Below, in pieces: positions 56,168 through 64,000 of a stretch of DNA of 64,000 bases (positions are counted from its first letter, which is position 1; each line of letters begins with the position of its first letter). Made by a program: the position numbers and the translations under genes. A model generated the notes under the pieces. The model was not told the DNA's origin, searched no databases, and saw nothing but the letters and a program-made list of their open reading frames with translations. Where the stretch lies: positions 50,654,001 to 50,718,000 of the forward strand of contig OX597819.1 of the NCBI GenBank assembly GCA_951406725.2, written 5' to 3'. This DNA is from Octopus vulgaris (lineage: Eukaryota).

Positions 56168-56564
56168 GCAAGGAACTTATGTCAACATCAAAGTGCACAA
56201 AAAACGTTTAGGTGATTGCTCACACGGAGCCCATAGCGATAATGAGTGTCTCTTTAAAATATTCCTTTATAAGGAGTGACGTATTTCTCTGCTCTAACAC
56301 TATACAAGACAGAATACACCAGAAATCTGGTAGGAACCTCGGTATTGATATCTTTGCCGTCTTTCTTCCTAAATAAGTGACGAATAGATTGAAGTCGTCA
56401 CTGCGGCAAGCGACCACATAATGTTCTACTGCTGGAGGCTCAGTCTTAATTAAAACCTCGACATATATTACCTATGAAAAGGTAATATATCAACTACCTT
56501 TTCATACATATATTCTGGGTGTTCTGCCATACATCATGGGGTGGGGGAGGGGACTTCTACTTGT

Positions 56565-56786
56565 GCATTCGTGGTCGTATCCACGAATTACTCGTTTTTA
56601 ACGACAAAAACTGCTATAGTAGTTTTTCTAGTAGCTGCGGCTAGAGTTTCAGGAAGAAGCGCGACGGAAGAACTGGCATTCGTGGTCGTATCCACGAATT
56701 ACTCGTTTTTAACGACAAAAACTGCTATAGTAGTTTTTCTAGTAGCTGCGGCTAGAGTTTCAGGAAGAAGCGCGACGGAAGAACTG
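56565..56786. repeat. Exact 111-bp tandem duplication
   Basis: gcattcgtggtcgtatcc...gcgcgacggaagaactg starts at 56565 and 56676. Confidence 0.95.
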
Positions 56787-57061
56787 TTTTTTTTCTCCAC
56801 AACTTTTTAAAATATAGTGGCATCCCCCAGTTTGGCTTGCTTGTCATCTTCGGAGAGTCTGTATAGCTCCATTGTCAAGGCAATTCCAGCGAAGAGTCTT
56901 CTAGCCGTTTTGTTTTATTTGGTGGCATTGCTTTGTGTTCTATTGGTGTTATTACTTTCGTCTTGGCTAGCATTCGTGTTGTTGCTCCTCTTCTTGTTAT
57001 TGTTATTGCTGCTACTCCTGTCTTCTTCTTCTTCCAATCAGGATTCACTCCATTAGCCACA

Positions 57062-57431
57062 AAGAATAATCTCTAATTCGAGCCTACTCTAAGCTACTAA
57101 GAATGCTTGTGGCAACTTGAAGATCTACCCACCACACGCGATAGACTGGCGGTTGCACGGGCGTGAAAGCTACGTTGTTATCCTCATTCCTTAAACGGTG
57201 GCTTTTAACGGGAGGAGAGCTGAACAATCCTGAGGTACAGAGGATTCGCAATCTAGACTAGAGTGAGAGAAAGTTGTGGTGAACGAGTACATCGGAGTTC
57301 ACCACCTCCCGCCGAAGCCTCGTGGAGCTTAGGTGTTTTTGTTCAATAAACACTCACAATACCCAGTCTGGGGATTGAAACCGGGTCTTACGACCGCGAG
57401 TCCGCTGCCTTGACCATTGGGCCATTGTGCC
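57062..57431 (-). mobile_element. SINE family C (tRNA-derived head)
   Basis: Minus strand 'ggcacaatggcccaatggtcaaggcagcggactcgcggtcgtaagacccggtttcaatcccc' has A/B-box-like motifs. The left boundary is approximate. Confidence 0.75.
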
Positions 57432-57743
57432 CCAACTGCTACTGTCGTTGCTGCTGTTACCTTCGATACAGTACATAATTTTGCTAATCTTGTAATTGTT
57501 ACTGTTGTCGATATAATTTCTGGTATTGTAGCTCAGACACTAGTCCATCAGGCTACCTCTTGCACTGTTTCTGCCTGATACAATTCCCGTTTGAGCTGGT
57601 GATGGTTGAGTCCAAGGAAGAGTAATCGCCGTTGTTCAGGGCCGTAGCAATAGGGAGTATTTCTTCTCCTCTTAACATTTCACAAAGTCTGGTGGGCGTC
57701 CGCTCTAGTACCACATGATGATAAGGATGGAGAATGTAAGAGA

Positions 57744-57794
<51 letters not shown>

Positions 57795-58203
57795 TTGATA
57801 ATAATACGAATAAGAAAAAAGAAAAATACAAAGAAGGAAATGAAGAAGCTGAAGAAGCTGAAGAGGAAGCTGAAGAAGAAGATGAAGAAGAAGATGATTA
57901 AGAAGAAAATGAACAAGAAGAAGACGACTTATAAGAGTGGGATAGGAGTGTATACAAGAGAGAGAGAGGGGTAGGAGGGTAGCAGGAGGAGGAGAGGGGA
58001 AAGAATATTAATTCGAAACTGGAATTAAAGCGGGAAGAGATTAATATAATAAATCTCTAATCCACCACCAACGTTGTTGTTGTTATTCGGAGAGACGCTT
58101 ACAAACGGTATTAGTGGCAGATTAGAGCCAGTCTGACTAACTGTGACGTAATTCTCTTTGATGATAGAGAGATAGATAGAAACATAGGTAGATAGGTAGT
58201 AGT

Positions 58204-58244
<41 letters not shown>

Positions 58245-58519
58245 GGAGGGATAAAGTGATAGGGGACGTGAGAGAGTGTGTACATTTAGGTATATGTATA
58301 CACAGCATACACTTGCATGTATACATTAATGCCAGTATATATGCGTATTTGTCTATCAGTATATCAGTGTGCACATATATATGTATATATATATATATAT
58401 GTGTGTGTGTGTGCGTGTGTGTGTACGCCTGCATATGTATATGAGTATACATATTTATATATATGCATATAAATATATATGTATTATGTATACGTGCATA
58501 CATATGCACAGTCGCAGAC

Positions 58520-58553
<34 letters not shown>

Positions 58554-58589
58554 ATATGTATATATATATATATACATATATATATATAC

Positions 58590-58627
<38 letters not shown>

Positions 58628-58933
58628 TGGCATGTGAGACAACGAGTAATTGATGTCACAAGGTAGCTAAACACGCGTATACACTCACAAATACACACAC
58701 CCACGCACACACATATATACATGTAAACACGCACACCCACACGTACATATAAATATATATTTACATATGTACATATGCCCATACATGCATACATACATAC
58801 ATACATGCCTACAAACACACACACACATACATTCATACGCACTCTCTTAAGTATAGATCGATAAAAATACTCCAGTTTCCCCGCGTCTGAAACAGTCTTC
58901 GGATTCTCAGATGCTGGTGCATATATGTATGTA

Positions 58934-59018
<85 letters not shown>

Positions 59019-59116
59019 AATCCCCAAAAGAAAAATCAAACACAAAAATCACAACAACGCGGGAACGTAATACATGTAAAGTATTAGCAGACGCTCAGGG
59101 AAGGAAAGAAAGATGG

Positions 59117-59149
59117 TTTAACGTTTCGAACAACGCACTTCTTCAGAGA
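59117..59149 (-). ncRNA. Decayed hammerhead, same family as 14484
   Basis: tct-CTGAAGA-agtgcgttgttc-GAAAC-GTT-aaa. The flank 'gacgctcagg.aagg.aagaaag' is shared with 14457. Confidence 0.55.
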
Positions 59150-59171
59150 CAGAGAGAAGTCCAACAGAAAA

Positions 59172-59302
59172 GAAATCTATACAAGCATTTACCAAGGAAC
59201 CCAAGAGATCTGCAAGATGTAGGTGTGGAAACGTTCAAAAAGAACTTGAAATTCCACATGAGCCCACATCATGGCAGGAGCCAGAAGAAGGAGTAGCCTC
59301 GT

Positions 59303-59305
<3 letters not shown>
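59172..59305 (+). pseudogene. CR1-type LINE ORF2 C-terminal scrap
   Basis: [24 protein letters not shown], the 'N.LP..LR......FK..LD' motif. Confidence 0.55.
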
Positions 59306-59339
<34 letters not shown>

Positions 59340-59352
59340 CATACATATATAC

Positions 59353-59426
<74 letters not shown>

Positions 59427-59580
59427 GTGTATATCTGTATGTATGTACGCATATATGTGCAATCTGTGAGGGTGTCTTTTCAGAACATTGTCTGGTTTAA
59501 AAAGCCACATCAGATGCCATGAAGGTGCTAAGGCGTAGGTACAGGAGGTGATCCAACTCTACATAAGGAGTAGACAATCA

Positions 59581-59626
<46 letters not shown>

Positions 59627-59645
59627 ATATGGATATATATATATA

Positions 59646-60048
59646 TTCTTTTTCCTTTTCTTTTTATTTTTTATTTGTTTCAGTCATTTGACTGCGGCCA
59701 TGCTTCAGGACCGCCTTTAGTCGAACAAATCGACCCCAGGACTTATTCTTTGTGAGCATAGTACTTATTTATCAGTGTCTGTTGCCGAACCGCTAAGTTA
59801 TGGCGACGTAAACACACCAACATTGGTTGTCAAGCGATGGTGGGGGAGACAAACACACACACACACACACAAACATATGCATATATGTGATGGGCTTCTT
59901 TCAGTTTCCGCCTCCCAAATCTACTCACAAGGCTTTGGTCGGCCCGTGGCTATAGTAGAAGACACTTGTAAAAGATGCCACACAGTGGGACTGAACTGGA
60001 ACCATGTGTTTGGGAAGTAAGCTTCTTACCACATAGCCACGCCTACGC
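59646..60048 (-). mobile_element. SINE family A, full length
   Basis: Complete head through to the A-rich tail. Confidence 0.92.
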
Positions 60049-60058
60049 TTATACATAC

Positions 60059-60125
<67 letters not shown>

Positions 60126-60990
60126 TGTGTGTGTGTGTGTGCGTATGTGTACATCAATCATGCATGTACATATATAGGTGCTTCCATACATATTTAAACA
60201 TGCCTTGTAGGAAAGATATAAAGCTAGAAAATGAAGAGAAACGACACACGGAATAAACATAAATTGACGCAACATAAAGGAGGGAAAGCATTTAATTGAA
60301 AGAAGGATATGAAAGCACGAAAGCCAAGAAGGTGAGAGACGTGATGCAGAAGAGAGAGGAGGAGGAAGATGAGAAGGAAGAGGAGGAAAAAGGAAGAAGA
60401 GGAGAAAGAGGAGGAGGAGGAAGCGGAGGAAGAGATACGAGAACAGTATTTCAGTGATAGAAATATAGACAAACAGCGATGCCAAAACCGTCACATAGGC
60501 CAGGACAAAAGAACGGCAGACGGTTAGCAACAGGTAGGAGAGAAATAATACAGATTGGACTGCAGTGGCCAACCATGTTTTCGTTGTTCAAGTAATGTCT
60601 TGTTTGTACGCCATTTGACAGATCTATTGATGAAAGGTAATCCATTCATTTTATCGGATTATAAAGCAACTAATCCTTTGGAGTAGATAATCACAGCCAG
60701 TCGGCAACTTTATGGTTTATCGAATGCATTGAATGTATTTGCACTTGTATTGTGAATGTGTGGTGCACATTGTATGTATACATATATGTAAGCATATATA
60801 TGTAAGCATGCTTGCGCATATGTATATGTGTATATACGTACACATGCATGTATGTATGTATGCATGCATGTATGAATATATGTATGTATGCACAAATGTA
60901 GCAAGATATGCTATGTATGCATGCATATCATGTTTGTATCTGCGTATGTATATTTATATGTACGTGAGTATTTTACGTATGCATGAATAT

Positions 60991-61069
<79 letters not shown>

Positions 61070-61244
61070 CATATATATATACATATACAATATATGCATG
61101 TATATTGTGTGTGCGTGTGTACGTGTGTGCTTGTGTGCGTTTGTGTACATACACATTCATATATATATATATTTAAATGTATTACGCGCACAGGTACGTA
61201 TGATGATGATGATGATGATAATAATAATAATAATAATAATAATG

Positions 61245-61279
<35 letters not shown>

Positions 61280-61417
61280 TAAAACAACAATAACAAAAAT
61301 AGTAATTCTTTCTAATTTTGTACTAGACCAGCAAATTGAGCAGAGAAGTCAATTACATTGTCCTCAATGATGCTTTGGTTATACATACATACATACATAC
61401 ATACATACACACACACG

Positions 61418-61468
<51 letters not shown>

Positions 61469-62373
61469 ACACACACACAACGTTATGAGGTTTCACAACA
61501 GTAGATTTATATTAAAAACAAAAAGTAAATGTTCTGAAAAATTTATCATGGACAAGAGGAAGAAAGTTTACATGGTTCTATCAAAATATGCAACCGGTTT
61601 CAATTGTTTGAAAAGACGATATAGTCATGCTGTAAGAGAAATAAATTGAAACAAACCGAATTTAACTAATTTTTCATGTGTTTTGGAATTTCACATGGTC
61701 CTGAAAGTTGGTTTCTTTCTGATGGGTGCTGGATCATAGTATTTGTGATATTATTAGTAGTAATACGCAGACGGACACTACACACACACAAACATACATA
61801 TATGTGTGTGTACGTGTATGTATACACACATGCACAAACACACACCAATACACAGACATACACATACGCACACACACACATATCCTTCTCCGTATTTTGG
61901 TTTATGTACAACCTTCATATGGAAGTTAGTGCAAAAGGTGGCTATTTAAATTTAATACTAATTCAAATGTGCATACCGGATATTTTAAATACAGTTGGGT
62001 AGCTATTTGCAATATCATTGAAATCATTGTTTCCCATGTAGGTGGTGACAAATTTTGACTGAATATACGTCATTGATAAGCTCTAACAATGTTGAAATAC
62101 ATCTGGGAGGACTTTTCGTCTTCCTTTCACATATATCCATTGTGTGTTTTTTTAAAACAAAGTACGTCCGCATGAGATATTATATCTCACAATATAACTC
62201 GAATCGCATTATATGCGAATATCGCATAACCATGTCTTTCAAACAATTTATATACTTTAAGTATGACACATTCATGCCTATTTTTAATTTAATACTGCTA
62301 CAATTGAATATTTAAGGCATAAATTATTATTCCGAAATAATAATAATAATAATAATAACAACAACAACAACAA

Positions 62374-63045
<672 letters not shown>

Positions 63046-63090
63046 AATAATAATAATAATAATAATACGGAAGTAAGAAAGTGACCGTAG

Positions 63091-63147
<57 letters not shown>

Positions 63148-63237
63148 CACACACGTATCCACACACAGACATACATATTAATATGTATTTAGATATATAC
63201 ACGTACATACGCATATATTTGCATTATATATATATAT

Positions 63238-64000
63238 ATATATAAATATAACAATTTAGGAGTGACCCTAACAGGTAATTCGTCCACCAGAAAGAGCAGC
63301 CATAACTCACACCGCCAAGTAGTAGTAATTCAGAAATTAGGTGAAAATTTAAAAACATTTACCCTAATTCATCTTTTAGACGTTGCAACGTTTCTGTGTC
63401 ATTAATGATTAAATTAGCTTAATTAAATTAAATTAAGCTAATCTACCATAGGTTACACTTCATCAGTAAAAAACCTGGGAGAGACAAATATACACGAGGC
63501 GTCTGTATCGATGCCTACGGAATATCTGTCTTAAAATTTTCAAGACTGACGTATTCGCGCCAAACTTATCAGCAGTAAATATAAACTGCCGATTCAATCT
63601 CAGAATTATTCAGAAAATTATCAATTAGTCAATTTAGGGTAGCAAAAAATTCAATAGAAATTTATCGCTACCAACGGCCTAGTGGAAAAGAGAAAATAGT
63701 CAACGACTAGATATATAAATATAACAATTTAGGAGTGACCTAACAGGTCATTCGTCCACCAGAAAGAGCAGCCATAACTCACACCGCCAAGTAGTAGTAA
63801 TTCAGAAATTAGGTGAAAATTTAAAAACATTTACCCTAATTTCTGAATTACTACTACTTGGCGGTGTGAGTTATGGCTGCTCTTTCTGGTGGACGAATGA
63901 CCTGTTAGGGTCACTCCTAAATTGTTATATTTATATATTTAGTCGTTGACTATTTTCTCTTTTCCACTAGGCCGTTGGTAGCGATAAATTTCTATTGAAT
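63238..64000. mobile_element. HHR element: 473-bp unit with partial tandem repeat (63238-63369 matches 63711-63841) and fold-back (63648-63813 vs 63835-64000), running off the window
   Basis: Direct and inverted copies of 'tataaatataacaatttaggagtgacc...cagaaattagg'. Abuts (TA)n. Confidence 0.9.
63374..63471 (-). ncRNA. Intact type-I hammerhead with extended stem II
   Basis: tttta-CTGATGA-agtgt..gattagcttaattt/aattaagctaatt..acaca-GAAAC-gttgcaac-GTC-taaaa, with the 12-bp palindrome acgttgcaacgt. Confidence 0.88.

Overview
This is AT-rich, microsatellite-saturated eukaryotic DNA with no supportable host gene. The SINE families and repeat density suggest an octopus or other cephalopod genome (inference). 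Almost every entry in the ORF track is an artefact of (TA)n, (CA)n, (TATG)n or trinucleotide repeats. The real content is mobile DNA: several tRNA-derived SINE families, RTE and CR1-type LINE scraps, two mariner relics, pogo/Tigger and hAT MITEs, a non-autonomous Helitron, and Penelope-like (PLE) GIY-YIG and RT fragments. Two things stand out. (1) About 17 minimal type-I hammerhead ribozyme (HHR) motifs from roughly ten unrelated non-coding element families. Most sit in or beside (TA)n/(CA)n tracts, several as tandem monomers (about 310, 473 and 562 nt) or fold-back hairpins whose apex maps to the ribozyme. They include a U3-A8 compensatory-core variant and a CCGA-core family. (2) A 2.3-kb poly(A)-tailed, ORF1-only (HAL1-like) L1/Tx1-type retroposon inserted with a 12-bp target-site duplication (TSD) into the tRNA head of a SINE. 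All structures were read by eye; no folding, alignment or database search was run.
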